Assembly (NCBI GenBank): GCA_963665275.2
Contig: CAXXIN010000009.1
Location: 93,008 to 157,007, forward strand
DNA length: 64,000 nucleotides
Direction: 5' to 3'
From: Negativicutes bacterium
Lineage (GTDB): Bacteria > Bacillota > Negativicutes > UBA1444
The number at the start of each line of letters is the position of its first letter. Positions within the stretch are counted from its first letter, which is position 1. The position numbers and the translations under genes are program-made. Below the pieces are notes generated by a model. That model worked only from the letters and a program-made list of their open reading frames with translations, searched no databases and was not told where the DNA came from. Positions 9,693 through 18,717 of the stretch are shown one piece after another.

Positions 9693-10340
9693 TCATTTAC
9701 GCTTTATCATAGCCTGTGTCAGGCGTGCCGCCTTTCTTGCTTCGATGACAGCAAGGATTTTGCCTGCTGCTTCATCATCCATACGTGCCAGAATCGATAT
9801 GACCTGTTCATCTTCCAGATTATTAAACACAGCGACGGCTTCTTCCGGTTTCATTGCACTGTACAATTTGGCGAGTTTCCCGTAGACCTTTACCGTATCG
9901 GCGCTCTCTTTGATTGCAACGGCTGGTTTGGGCGCTCCTCCGGCAGCCGCTTGCGCGGGAGAAGCAGAGGCGATAGCGGGAGCTCCCAGTAATCCGGCAG
10001 GAGCGGCTGCTGCCTGAGGCGCAGCAGCTTTTTTGTTTTCCTCCAGTTCAACCAACGGAAAGTTTGTTTGGGGGTTCTTACCGGCGACCTCTTCGGCAAC
10101 TTTGTTATCGCCATGAATTTTATCGACATACGATTCCATTTTCACGATATAAGGTTCTATCTTATCCGCCATTTCCGGTTCTAACGGAATCAACCGAAAA
10201 TAAAAACTGGCAAGAGTAGCCGCCCCTACTAAAAATACCGTTAAAAAAAGCCAAAGAAGAATCCGGCGCTTTTTTTTCGCTGGTTTCGATGGCCTACCTT
10301 GCACAGCCGCTTGGCCGGTTTTCGGATTTTTCTTTTCCAT
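9693..10340 (-). CDS. MotE/YlxF-like flagellar protein (MgtE N-terminal-like domain)
   Basis: TM helix, then LAKLYSAMKPEEAVAVF..ILARMDDEAAGKIL; position between fliJ and fliK. Confidence 0.8.
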   Translation of the reverse strand: MEKKNPKTGQAAVQGRPSKPAKKKRRILLWLFLTVFLVGAATLASFYFRLIPLEPEMADKIEPYIVKMESYVDKIHGDNKVAEEVAGKNPQTNFPLVELEENKKAAAPQAAAAPAGLLGAPAIASASPAQAAAGGAPKPAVAIKESADTVKVYGKLAKLYSAMKPEEAVAVFNNLEDEQVISILARMDDEAAGKILAVIEARKAARLTQAMIKRK

Positions 10341-10384
10341 TTTATGAAAACTGCCTTTCTATCAATAGGATGTGGATATCTGCT

Positions 10385-10828
10385 TTAGGAATCCCTAATA
10401 TAACGCTGCCCGGACAACTCATCCAAAAATGCCTGTTCTTCATGCAACACTTCGTCCTGGAATTGCTGCAGTTTCTTTTCACGCAGATTATCTACTGCTT
10501 TTCGTCGTCGGGAGGCTTCTTCAAAAATGCGGAGGCATCTTTGACGCCGTTCAGCCGCTGCGGCAACTTGGGCCGCCTGAAGCTTTATTCCTTCTCTAGT
10601 TCTATCGATATAATCCTGAAACATCTTAAGCATCAAGAGTGAATTGGGCTTAGCCTGTTCATCCTTCATTCCGTCTAGCGTTTGCGTCAGCGTAGACTCT
10701 AGTTGCCGGAGCAAAGCCTTTTCATGCAAAAAAGCGCGAGCGGCTTTGGCAAATTCTGCTTGCGCCTGTTCCTCGCGTATCTTTCGAAAATCCAATAAAC
10801 GTTGCAGTTTGAACTGGAATTTTTGCAT
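10385..10828 (-). CDS. fliJ: Flagellar export chaperone FliJ
   Basis: MQKFQFKLQRLLDFR..EEQAFLDE, coiled coil, downstream of fliI. Confidence 0.92.
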   Translation of the reverse strand: MQKFQFKLQRLLDFRKIREEQAQAEFAKAARAFLHEKALLRQLESTLTQTLDGMKDEQAKPNSLLMLKMFQDYIDRTREGIKLQAAQVAAAAERRQRCLRIFEEASRRRKAVDNLREKKLQQFQDEVLHEEQAFLDELSGQRYIRDS

Positions 10829-10849
10829 TGGATGTTATCCTTTGTGGAT

Positions 10850-12163
10850 TTATCCCACGATATTTTTCATTTGGGCTATGGTATCCGCGAAACTGACTTT
10901 TTCCATGACGCCTTGCCGCAAAAAATTACGGATTGACGGGTTCCGTTCGATTGCACGATCGATCTCTGGATTACTACCGCTCGCATAAGCACCAATATTG
11001 ATCAAGTCCTCTGACTCCTGATAAGTTGCCTGCAGACTTCTGATCTGTTGGGCCGCTTTTAAATGGTCTGGATCGACCACTTCATTCATCACCCGACTCA
11101 GACTTGCCAAAATATCAATCGGAGGATAATGGTTCTGAGTTGCCAACCGCCGAGACAAGACCACATGTCCGTCTACGATGCTGCGGACATTGTCTGCAAT
11201 GGGTTCGTTCATATCATCACCATCAACAAGAACTGCGTATAAGCCGGTTATTGATCCCTTTTCGCCGGTGCCGGAACGTTCCAAAAGTTTGGGCATCATG
11301 GCAAATACAGACGGAGGATACCCTCGAGTGGCCGGAGGTTCACCAATTGTCAGGCCGACTTCCCGTTGAGCCATGGCAACCCGCGTCAGAGAATCCATCA
11401 TTAACATTACATCAAGCCCTAGATCCCGGAAATATTCCGCCACAGCAGTCGCCGTATTCGCGCCCTTGATCCGTAGCAAAGCAGGTTGATCCGAGGTTGA
11501 AACAACAACCACCGATTTGGCCAGTCCTTCCGTACCCAGATCGCGCTCGATGAAATCCAGCACTTCACGGCCGCGTTCGCCAATGAGTGCTATAACGTTA
11601 ATATCGGCGCTGGTGTTTCGGGCAATCATCCCCATCATCGTACTCTTGCCAACTCCACTGCCAGCCAGAATGGCCATGCGTTGCCCTTTTCCCAGAGTCA
11701 TCAACCCATCGACCGCACGAATACCGACCGAAACCGGATCACAGATCCTACGCCGGGAAAGCGCTGCCGGAGGAGCATTCTGGATGGGATATTCGCTGTC
11801 GCAAATTAGGGGTCCTTTCCCATCGATCGGATGTCCCAGTCCATCGAGTACCCTTCCCAGCAATGCTTCCCCAACTTTAACCCGCAACAGGTTCCGCGAG
11901 GAAACCACTTCACTGCCAGGACCGATACCCTGCATTTCACCGAGTGGCATGAGCAAGACCCGATTTTCACGGAATCCCACGACTTCTGCCGGCAACGGCG
12001 GTGCATCGGTACGCGGATAGATATAACAAAGCTCACCCAGATTGATACTCGGTCCATCTGACTCAATCACCAGGCCGATAATCTTGGTTATTTTCCCCTT
12101 CATGAGGACTGCTTCAGTCGAATTCACCGCATTAAGATATTGCGTGGCATTAAATGACCTCAT
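10850..12163 (-). CDS. fliI: Flagellar export ATPase FliI
   Basis: Walker A GSGVGKS, IGERGREV, DSLTR, GEPPATRGYPPS. Confidence 0.97.
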   Translation of the reverse strand: MRSFNATQYLNAVNSTEAVLMKGKITKIIGLVIESDGPSINLGELCYIYPRTDAPPLPAEVVGFRENRVLLMPLGEMQGIGPGSEVVSSRNLLRVKVGEALLGRVLDGLGHPIDGKGPLICDSEYPIQNAPPAALSRRRICDPVSVGIRAVDGLMTLGKGQRMAILAGSGVGKSTMMGMIARNTSADINVIALIGERGREVLDFIERDLGTEGLAKSVVVVSTSDQPALLRIKGANTATAVAEYFRDLGLDVMLMMDSLTRVAMAQREVGLTIGEPPATRGYPPSVFAMMPKLLERSGTGEKGSITGLYAVLVDGDDMNEPIADNVRSIVDGHVVLSRRLATQNHYPPIDILASLSRVMNEVVDPDHLKAAQQIRSLQATYQESEDLINIGAYASGSNPEIDRAIERNPSIRNFLRQGVMEKVSFADTIAQMKNIVG

Positions 12164-12942
12164 GGAAGCATTTCCTGCAATGCCTTACGAATCGATTCAA
12201 ACTGGGTATCTATACCCGCTTCTACTGTGCCAAAAGAGGTTTCTATCAAACAGCCACCCTGTCCCAACATGGAATCAGCCGTAATTGCAAGGGCCCGCTC
12301 TGCGCCAACAATCACTTGCAATTCACGTCGCGATTGCAGAATTCGCTCGTAATCATCCAGATTGACATGAATGTTGATTTGGCTCTGGTCACGGACACGT
12401 CCCAGCGCACTCTTAACGATCCCCACAATGAGTTCCGGTCGATCTTCCATCGCATCAGATATGATTTTTCGTGAAATCACCAACACCAGTTCGATGATTT
12501 GACGGTCCGCCTCCAAGACAACTTGCCGGGCTTCCTGCAAGGCGGCAGACATCATGGAGTTACAACCCTCAGTCGTCTGTTTTAGTTTTTCCTCTATTTG
12601 TCGCCGAGCCTCTTCCAAGCCTTGATTTTTACCCTCTTCAATTGCCTGCAATTTGAGTTCTGTCGCTTCTTCCAAGGCTTGCGCTTTCATGCGCGCGATT
12701 TCCTTTTCTGCTGCTGTCAGCAGATTTTCCGACTCAATCTTGGCCTCCTGGATCAACTGCTCCGCCTTATTATTGATTACTGGCGTGACAACGGCTCCCT
12801 TGGATTGATCCTCGACTTCATCCGCAATATCGTCTGTGAGCAGCTCTGTCGCATTCAGTTCCGAGAATTTATGCATGGCGATAACCACAGGGTCGCGCGA
12901 AATTTTAGCATCTTTAATAATGCGCACATCAGACGAGGACAT
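12160..12942 (-). CDS. fliH: Flagellar export regulator FliH
   Basis: AxxxGxxxG repeats, GGCLIETSFGTVEA; between fliG and fliI. Confidence 0.92.
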   Translation of the reverse strand: MSSSDVRIIKDAKISRDPVVIAMHKFSELNATELLTDDIADEVEDQSKGAVVTPVINNKAEQLIQEAKIESENLLTAAEKEIARMKAQALEEATELKLQAIEEGKNQGLEEARRQIEEKLKQTTEGCNSMMSAALQEARQVVLEADRQIIELVLVISRKIISDAMEDRPELIVGIVKSALGRVRDQSQINIHVNLDDYERILQSRRELQVIVGAERALAITADSMLGQGGCLIETSFGTVEAGIDTQFESIRKALQEMLP

Positions 12943-13939
12943 CTTCGCCCCTTCCTCTGGAAATCACAATCTCACCAGATTCCTCCAGCCGCCTGATGAC
13001 GGCCACAATCTTCTGTTGTGCTTCTTCGACGTCCCTTATCCTAACAGGCCCCATAAAGTCAATTTCTTCGCGCAGCATCTCAGCTGCCCGTTTGGACATG
13101 TTCTTAAAGATCTTGTTCCCCACTTCGGAAGAAGCAGCTTTCAGAGCCAGACCCAATTCCTTGCTGTCAACTTCACGCAGCACCATTTGCAGCGATCGGT
13201 CGTCAAGCATGACAATGTTTTCGAACACGAACATGCGTTTCTTGATATCTTCGGCCAGCTCCGGATCCTGAACTTCCAGACTTTCTACGATTGTCCGTTC
13301 CGTCGTCCGATCCACGCGGTTCAAAATTTCCACAACTGAATCGACGCCGCCGGCTGAGGTAAAGTCTTCAGTTACCAGTGATGAAAGCTTTCTTTCCAGT
13401 ATTTTCTCGACATCCCGGATTACTTCCGGTGAAGTGCGGTCCATCGTCGCCATGCGTCGTGCAACGTCAATCTGGCGGTCCGGCGGAAGTCCTGAAAGGA
13501 TTGCCCCCGCCTGATCCGGTTGCAAATATGCCATAATGAGGGCAATCGTCTGCGGATGCTCATTTTGAATGAAGTTGAGGAGTTGCGAAGGATCTGTCTT
13601 GCGGGCAAAATCAAAGGGTCGAATTTGCAAACTGGAGGTAAGGCGGGTGATAATAGCACCAGCCTTTTCGATACCAAGGGCTTTTTCCAGAATATCCCTT
13701 GCATAATCAAGCCCGCCGGAAGAAAGGTATTCTTTGGCGAGACACATTTCATGAAATTCATGAATCACTTTATCTTTTTGTTCTTGAGTTAGTTTACGTT
13801 GGTTAGCAATTTCGAGCGTGAGTTTTTCAATCTCTTCTTCACCAAGATGCTTCAATATCTGGGCGGAAACATTCGGGCCCAAGGTGATGAGCAACACGGC
13901 GGCTTTCTGTTTTGCAGTCATTTCTATTGCATGTGCCAT
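12929..13939 (-). CDS. fliG: Flagellar switch protein FliG
   Basis: KAAVLLITLG, EHPQTIAL, MFVFE, MGPVRIRDVEEAQ. Confidence 0.97.
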   Translation of the reverse strand: MAHAIEMTAKQKAAVLLITLGPNVSAQILKHLGEEEIEKLTLEIANQRKLTQEQKDKVIHEFHEMCLAKEYLSSGGLDYARDILEKALGIEKAGAIITRLTSSLQIRPFDFARKTDPSQLLNFIQNEHPQTIALIMAYLQPDQAGAILSGLPPDRQIDVARRMATMDRTSPEVIRDVEKILERKLSSLVTEDFTSAGGVDSVVEILNRVDRTTERTIVESLEVQDPELAEDIKKRMFVFENIVMLDDRSLQMVLREVDSKELGLALKAASSEVGNKIFKNMSKRAAEMLREEIDFMGPVRIRDVEEAQQKIVAVIRRLEESGEIVISRGRGEDVLV

Positions 13940-13957
13940 CCATACACCCCTTGATCA

Positions 13958-15535
13958 TCAGTCTTCTGCAAGCCATGTCTTCAACAGCATGGCCACCTCT
14001 TCGGGCTTGGCCTTGGACAAAGTTTCGATTGCGTCCTGCTCTGCATTTCGCACTTCTTCTTCAGGAGACATTTTCCTTATCGAAGCGAGGGCGGCCGCGC
14101 TGGCTTTGTCTAGCCCTGCTTCAGCTGTAGAAGCGGGCGCGGAGGTATCCGCTTCCATATTCAACACTTCGATCTCTTCTTCCCGTCGGCGTTTCAAAAT
14201 CCACATACCAATCCCTGCAATTAGCAGCACCACGCCAACCCCGGTACCGACCTTGGTCCACTGGTTTTTTTGCTGCTCCTGCGCGAAGTCCTGCTCTTCT
14301 TTTTTAATTTTGTCAGCAACTTCAGTGCTAAAGGGTACGGCCTCCACAGTAACAACATCACCGCGGGCAGGATTGATTCCAGCAGCCGACATGATCGTTT
14401 TTGTAACGCTGTCTTGCTGCGCTTTGCTCATTCCGGCATCCACCAGAACGCCAACCGAAATTCTCTTGATCCCGCCTGGCGCAACAATCGTTTTCTCTTT
14501 CGTCTCATTGATTTCGTAGTTGCGGGTGGCGTCTTTCTTCTCAAAATTCGACTGCGAGTTCGCACTTCCCGTCACATAGCCGGGAATGTTGGAAGTGGTT
14601 CCCGCCGGTCCGCCAGGCTGAGGATTAGTGCCTTTAAAATTTTCTGTGCTTTCTTGCGAACTGCGCAAAATCCCCTTGTCATCAACAATCGGCTCGAACG
14701 TCTGTTTATCAACGGTTTTTTGGTCAAAGCTCAATTCCAGACTGACCCGGACCGCCGCCTTATTCGGTCCGAGGACCTGTTCGAGCAAAGATTCAAGAGC
14801 TTTTTGCATCTCGTCCTGTTTCTTGCGGGTAAGTTCGACCTGTTTAACGCTAAAAACAGAATCAGGCCCGGAAGGATCCATACTTTCATTCAAAACACGG
14901 GCGAAATTATCCACAACAGTTATGTTTTCGGCTTTCAGTCCGCGAATGCTGTGAGCCGCCAAATTGACAATTCCTTTGACCTGTTCCGGTGACAACTTGG
15001 CGCCGGCCTTGAATTTCAACATAATGGAAGCCGTGGCGGGTTTTTCATTTTTTTTGTATAAACTGTCTTCGGGAAGCACAATATGAACCCGAGCTTTATC
15101 TACTTCGGCCATTCCCTCAATGGTCCGGGTCAGTTCCCCTTGCAACGCCTGAAGATATTTTACTTTATTTTGGAATTCAGTCGTTCCAAACTTGCTTTCA
15201 TCAAATATTTCGAAACCCTTGCTGCCCCGTGGCAACCCTTGACGCGCTAACTCCAGCCGTGTTTTGTAGACATCTTTTTCCGCCACCCCGATCGAAGTGC
15301 CATTCCCCATGATTTCATAAGGAATCTTCAATTCCTGAAGGCGCGCGGCCACATCTCCGGCATCCTTTGTTTCCATATCAGTAAACAAAGGAACATATTT
15401 GGGCTTGCTGCCATACCAATAACTGGAGCCAAGCACTGTTATAAAGAGAAGCAACGCGGAACCCAATATGATCCAGCGTTGTCTCGGTGTAAAACGATCC
15501 CATAATTTTTGCAGCTGATCCCGCATTTCGGCCAT
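13958..15535 (-). CDS. fliF: Flagellar M-ring protein FliF
   Basis: GFEIFD..FG, ALQGELTRTI, ARVHIVLP, ATASIML; two TM segments. Confidence 0.96.
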   Translation of the reverse strand: MAEMRDQLQKLWDRFTPRQRWIILGSALLLFITVLGSSYWYGSKPKYVPLFTDMETKDAGDVAARLQELKIPYEIMGNGTSIGVAEKDVYKTRLELARQGLPRGSKGFEIFDESKFGTTEFQNKVKYLQALQGELTRTIEGMAEVDKARVHIVLPEDSLYKKNEKPATASIMLKFKAGAKLSPEQVKGIVNLAAHSIRGLKAENITVVDNFARVLNESMDPSGPDSVFSVKQVELTRKKQDEMQKALESLLEQVLGPNKAAVRVSLELSFDQKTVDKQTFEPIVDDKGILRSSQESTENFKGTNPQPGGPAGTTSNIPGYVTGSANSQSNFEKKDATRNYEINETKEKTIVAPGGIKRISVGVLVDAGMSKAQQDSVTKTIMSAAGINPARGDVVTVEAVPFSTEVADKIKKEEQDFAQEQQKNQWTKVGTGVGVVLLIAGIGMWILKRRREEEIEVLNMEADTSAPASTAEAGLDKASAAALASIRKMSPEEEVRNAEQDAIETLSKAKPEEVAMLLKTWLAED

Positions 15536-15555
15536 ACTCCGTTACCTCACAGCCC

Positions 15556-15855
15556 TCAAACTTGCATCCGCATCATTTCCTGGTACGATTCCAGCATTTT
15601 GTTTCGTACTTGAACTGTCAGCTGGAGCGCAACTGCGGCTTTCTCTGCAGCAATAACCACCTGTGAGATATCTTCAATACGCCCGGTTGCCAGATCGGTT
15701 GACGCCTGATCCGCTTTTTTCTGCAAATCATTCACATTTTCCAGTGCGTCCGATAGTAGCTGACCGAACGATTGTTCCGAAGCACTTTTGGCTGGATTTA
15801 GCCCACTGCTGGGCGTCATGGCCAATTTCGACGCGTTAATTGCCTGAATCGGCAT
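15556..15855 (-). CDS. fliE: Hook-basal body protein FliE
   Basis: VQVRNKMLESYQEMMRMQV; start placed at MPIQ behind a GGAGG SD. Confidence 0.95.
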   Translation of the reverse strand: MPIQAINASKLAMTPSSGLNPAKSASEQSFGQLLSDALENVNDLQKKADQASTDLATGRIEDISQVVIAAEKAAVALQLTVQVRNKMLESYQEMMRMQV

Positions 15856-15897
15856 TTTTCTCCACCCTCCCAAAACACTTTGGACCCTGACGAATGC

Positions 15898-16329
15898 TCA
15901 TTTGCCAATCTCCAACGCTTTCAACATCATGCTCTTGGCTACGTTCACTGAAGTTACATTGGCTTCATAAGCCCGGGAAGCCGTCATCATATCAACCATT
16001 TCCGTGATTATATTAATATTGGGCATTTTTACATACCCATCTGCGTCCGCATCCGGATGACCCGGTTCATAAAGCATACGGGGGGGAGAATCGTCCTTTT
16101 TGATGCCAGTGACTTTGACTCCATTCAACTGCACTTGCCTATTCATAGCTAGTGCAAACGAACCGTCGCCCGGTCGCGGTTCGAAAACTACAAACTGACG
16201 CTTGTAGGGACCGCCATCCGCAGTACGGGTCGTATTGACATTGGCGATATTATTGGAAATAACGTCAAGTCGCATTCTTTCTGCAGTCATTCCCGATGCC
16301 GCAGCATCAATGGCGCCGAAAAAGCTCAT
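15898..16329 (-). CDS. flgC: Basal body rod protein FlgC
   Basis: ISNNIANVNTTRT..GGPYKR, YEPGHPDADADGYV, ASRAYEAN. Confidence 0.97.
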   Translation of the reverse strand: MSFFGAIDAAASGMTAERMRLDVISNNIANVNTTRTADGGPYKRQFVVFEPRPGDGSFALAMNRQVQLNGVKVTGIKKDDSPPRMLYEPGHPDADADGYVKMPNINIITEMVDMMTASRAYEANVTSVNVAKSMMLKALEIGK

Positions 16330-16334
16330 AACCC

Positions 16335-16751
16335 TCAGCCTCCCTTGATTGCCAATTTAATATTGGTGTAGTAACCGCCGATGCGTTGCGCAACCGTATT
16401 GTAAAAAATGTTGTTCTTGGTCATCGCCGCCATCTCTGCATCGATATCCACATTATTTCCATCTGTCCGCAAAGAGGTATTATCGACAGTACGTATACGA
16501 TTTGGCTGCGAATTGGCAGATCCAGGCAACAAGTGATTCGGATGGGTACGCGCCATCGTCTGACGTCCTTCACTGGCGTCGGCTGCAGCGGCCAGTTCTT
16601 CCTCGAATGAAACATCCATTTTTTTATATCCCGGCGTGTTGATGTTGGCAATATTGTTCGTAATTACCTTGTGGCGAAGCGATGATCCCGCTAACGCCTT
16701 TTCCAACAGATTTATTGGCGCTGAATCGAAAATGCGACTAAACGTAATCAT
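16335..16751 (-). CDS. flgB: Basal body rod protein FlgB
   Basis: ITNNIANINTPGYK, RTDGNNVDIDAEM. Confidence 0.96.
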   Translation of the reverse strand: MITFSRIFDSAPINLLEKALAGSSLRHKVITNNIANINTPGYKKMDVSFEEELAAAADASEGRQTMARTHPNHLLPGSANSQPNRIRTVDNTSLRTDGNNVDIDAEMAAMTKNNIFYNTVAQRIGGYYTNIKLAIKGG

Positions 16752-16779
16752 CCCTCCTCACAAATCCATCATACGGAGA

Positions 16780-16824
16780 ATTATATCACATGGTGTCTCG
16801 ATTCAACAGGTAACAAAAGGTAAC
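16780..16824 (-). promoter_or_regulatory. Putative fla/che operon promoter (extended -10) with an upstream tandem direct repeat
   Basis: Minus strand TG-A-TATAAT at 16780-16788; AGGTAAC at 16808-16814 and 16818-16824. Confidence 0.6.
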
Positions 16825-16863
16825 TGCAGAAAACCAAGCTATAATGGGGCATTTTGCCCCATG

Positions 16864-17655
16864 CTATTTTTTAAGTTTTTTTAGTTCATCAATCAGTTTT
16901 TCATTCAAAACTTTAATATAGGTACCCTTCATACCCAACGATTTGGATTCAATAACTCCGGCGCTTTCGAACTTACGCAGAGCATTGACGATAACCGATC
17001 GCGTGATTCCAACCCTGTCCGCAATCTTACTCGCCACCAGCAATCCTTCGTTCCCATCAAGCTCGCCAAGAATATGCATCACGGCTTCCATCTCAGAATA
17101 AGATAACGTGCCAAGCGCCACTTGAATCGTAGCCATTTTACGCGCGTCGTCTTCAATCCGTTCCGTCCGGTCGCGGAGAAATTCAATTCCGACAACCGTA
17201 GCGGCATATTCAGCTAAAATCAAATCATCATCCACAAACGGCTCGTTGAACGTGGCTGCAATCAAAGTCCCCAGTCGTTCGCCCGCCCCATAAATAGGTA
17301 CGACGGTCGTAAATTTTTCGTTGGCGATACAAGCTGTATCAGTGCTAAAAGCGCACATCCCATTATTAAGCGTCAAGTTTTCGGAAGTTTCCAGAACCTT
17401 GGATAACCAAGCTACATAACGGTCAGGGAACCTTCCTACTTTCAGCACTTTTTCCAACATCAGTTGGCACTCGAAGTCACCTACGATACTGTACCCTAAA
17501 ATAATTCCTTCGCGGTTGACCAGGTAAACATTGGCCCGCATCACTTCGCTCAAGGTATTGGATAAATCAGCATATGAAATTTTTTCAACCTTTTCGAGCA
17601 GTCGACTGATCTTTCGAGTCTTTTCTAATAATACACTTGCCACTATAAATTCCAC
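16864..17655 (-). CDS. codY: GTP/branched-chain amino acid-sensing repressor CodY
   Basis: LVASKIADRVGITRSVIVNALRKFESAGVIESKSLGMKGT. Confidence 0.98.
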   Translation of the reverse strand: MEFIVASVLLEKTRKISRLLEKVEKISYADLSNTLSEVMRANVYLVNREGIILGYSIVGDFECQLMLEKVLKVGRFPDRYVAWLSKVLETSENLTLNNGMCAFSTDTACIANEKFTTVVPIYGAGERLGTLIAATFNEPFVDDDLILAEYAATVVGIEFLRDRTERIEDDARKMATIQVALGTLSYSEMEAVMHILGELDGNEGLLVASKIADRVGITRSVIVNALRKFESAGVIESKSLGMKGTYIKVLNEKLIDELKKLKK

Positions 17656-17698
17656 CTCTCCTATATTTTTCGATCATATTCACAAAAACATTAAGGGT

Positions 17699-18607
17699 TT
17701 ATGCCCGCGGGTGTGCGTTGCGGTATACTGACAAAAGTCGTTCGCTGGACACATGCGTATAAATCTGGGTTGTTTTGAGGCTGACATGGCCAAGCAAATC
17801 TTGAACAGAACGCAAATCTGCGCCATTGTCCAACAGATGGGTAGCAAAACTATGTCGCAATGTGTGAGGCGTTACCCGTTTATGCACGGCCAGCATATCA
17901 ACATATTTCTCCAGTACCCTGCGGACACTTCGATCACTCAAAGGGGTTCCGCTATGATTAAGGAATAGCGCATCCGTCACCTCGGCATTTTTTTTGCCCA
18001 GCAACGGCCGACTTTCCCGCAAATAGAACGACAGCGCTTTGATCGCCATTTTACCGATGGGAATAATGCGTTCCTTAGCGCCTTTCCCAAAAACGAGAAT
18101 ATATTGTTCTTCCATATCCAAATTCTGCATTGAGAGCCCAGTAAGTTCCGAGACACGAACTCCTGCCCCATACAGCAATTCCATTATTGCCCGGTCACGC
18201 CTTCCAAGCAGGGTATTCGGTGGAAGTTGCAGCAAGGCCTCAATTTCAGGCACATCCAGAAATTGAGGCAATCGCCGTTCCAGTTTCGGTGTGCGAATTC
18301 CAACAAAAGGATTGGTCTCGATCAATTGCTCCCGGCAAAGGTAACGGCAGAATGATCGCAACGAAGCAATGTGGCGGGCTAAGGTTTTGCGAGAATACTC
18401 GCTGGAAATCAACGAAGCTAAATAACGCCGCGCCATATAGGTATCAACGTCGGATAACGTAAAATCGCCGGGTTTTAACCGGCGTAAAAACTCAATAAAC
18501 TGTTCGATATCCCGGCGATAATTGTGAACAGTATGCGGGGAAACATTCTTTGCTCCCTGAATAAATTCAATAAAGTTCGTCAACTGCTCCGTCCAGACGT
18601 TGATCAT
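17699..18607 (-). CDS. xerC: Tyrosine recombinase XerC (CodV)
   Basis: ELLYGAGVRVSEL, GKGAKER, HTLRHSFATHLL, LLGH, TTQIY, HPRA end; topA-xerC-codY synteny. Confidence 0.92.
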   Translation of the reverse strand: MINVWTEQLTNFIEFIQGAKNVSPHTVHNYRRDIEQFIEFLRRLKPGDFTLSDVDTYMARRYLASLISSEYSRKTLARHIASLRSFCRYLCREQLIETNPFVGIRTPKLERRLPQFLDVPEIEALLQLPPNTLLGRRDRAIMELLYGAGVRVSELTGLSMQNLDMEEQYILVFGKGAKERIIPIGKMAIKALSFYLRESRPLLGKKNAEVTDALFLNHSGTPLSDRSVRRVLEKYVDMLAVHKRVTPHTLRHSFATHLLDNGADLRSVQDLLGHVSLKTTQIYTHVSSERLLSVYRNAHPRA

Positions 18608-18656
18608 ACCAATTGCCCCAATATGTTATGTTTGGAATCAATTGTAGCATAAGTAA

Positions 18657-18687
18657 AAAAGTGTGGCAACTGCGTTGTCACACTTTT
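18657..18687. terminator. Intrinsic terminator downstream of topA
   Basis: AAAAGTGTGGCAAC-TGC-GTTGTCACACTTTT inverted repeat with flanking A/T tracts. Confidence 0.7.
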
Positions 18688-18717
18688 CATAATTGTTTTC
18701 AAAAACCTTCATTTCCC

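Noticed and set aside
16752-16863. c-di-GMP riboswitch or invertible flagellar switch upstream of flgB
   Set aside because: The gap is only 112 bp, the promoter is about 30 nt from the start codon, and I see no GEMM motif or long flanking inverted repeats
17699-18607. Tyrosine recombinase as a possible phage or ICE integrase
   Set aside because: Length, HPRA C-terminus and topA-xerC-codY synteny identify housekeeping XerC; no mobile genes nearby
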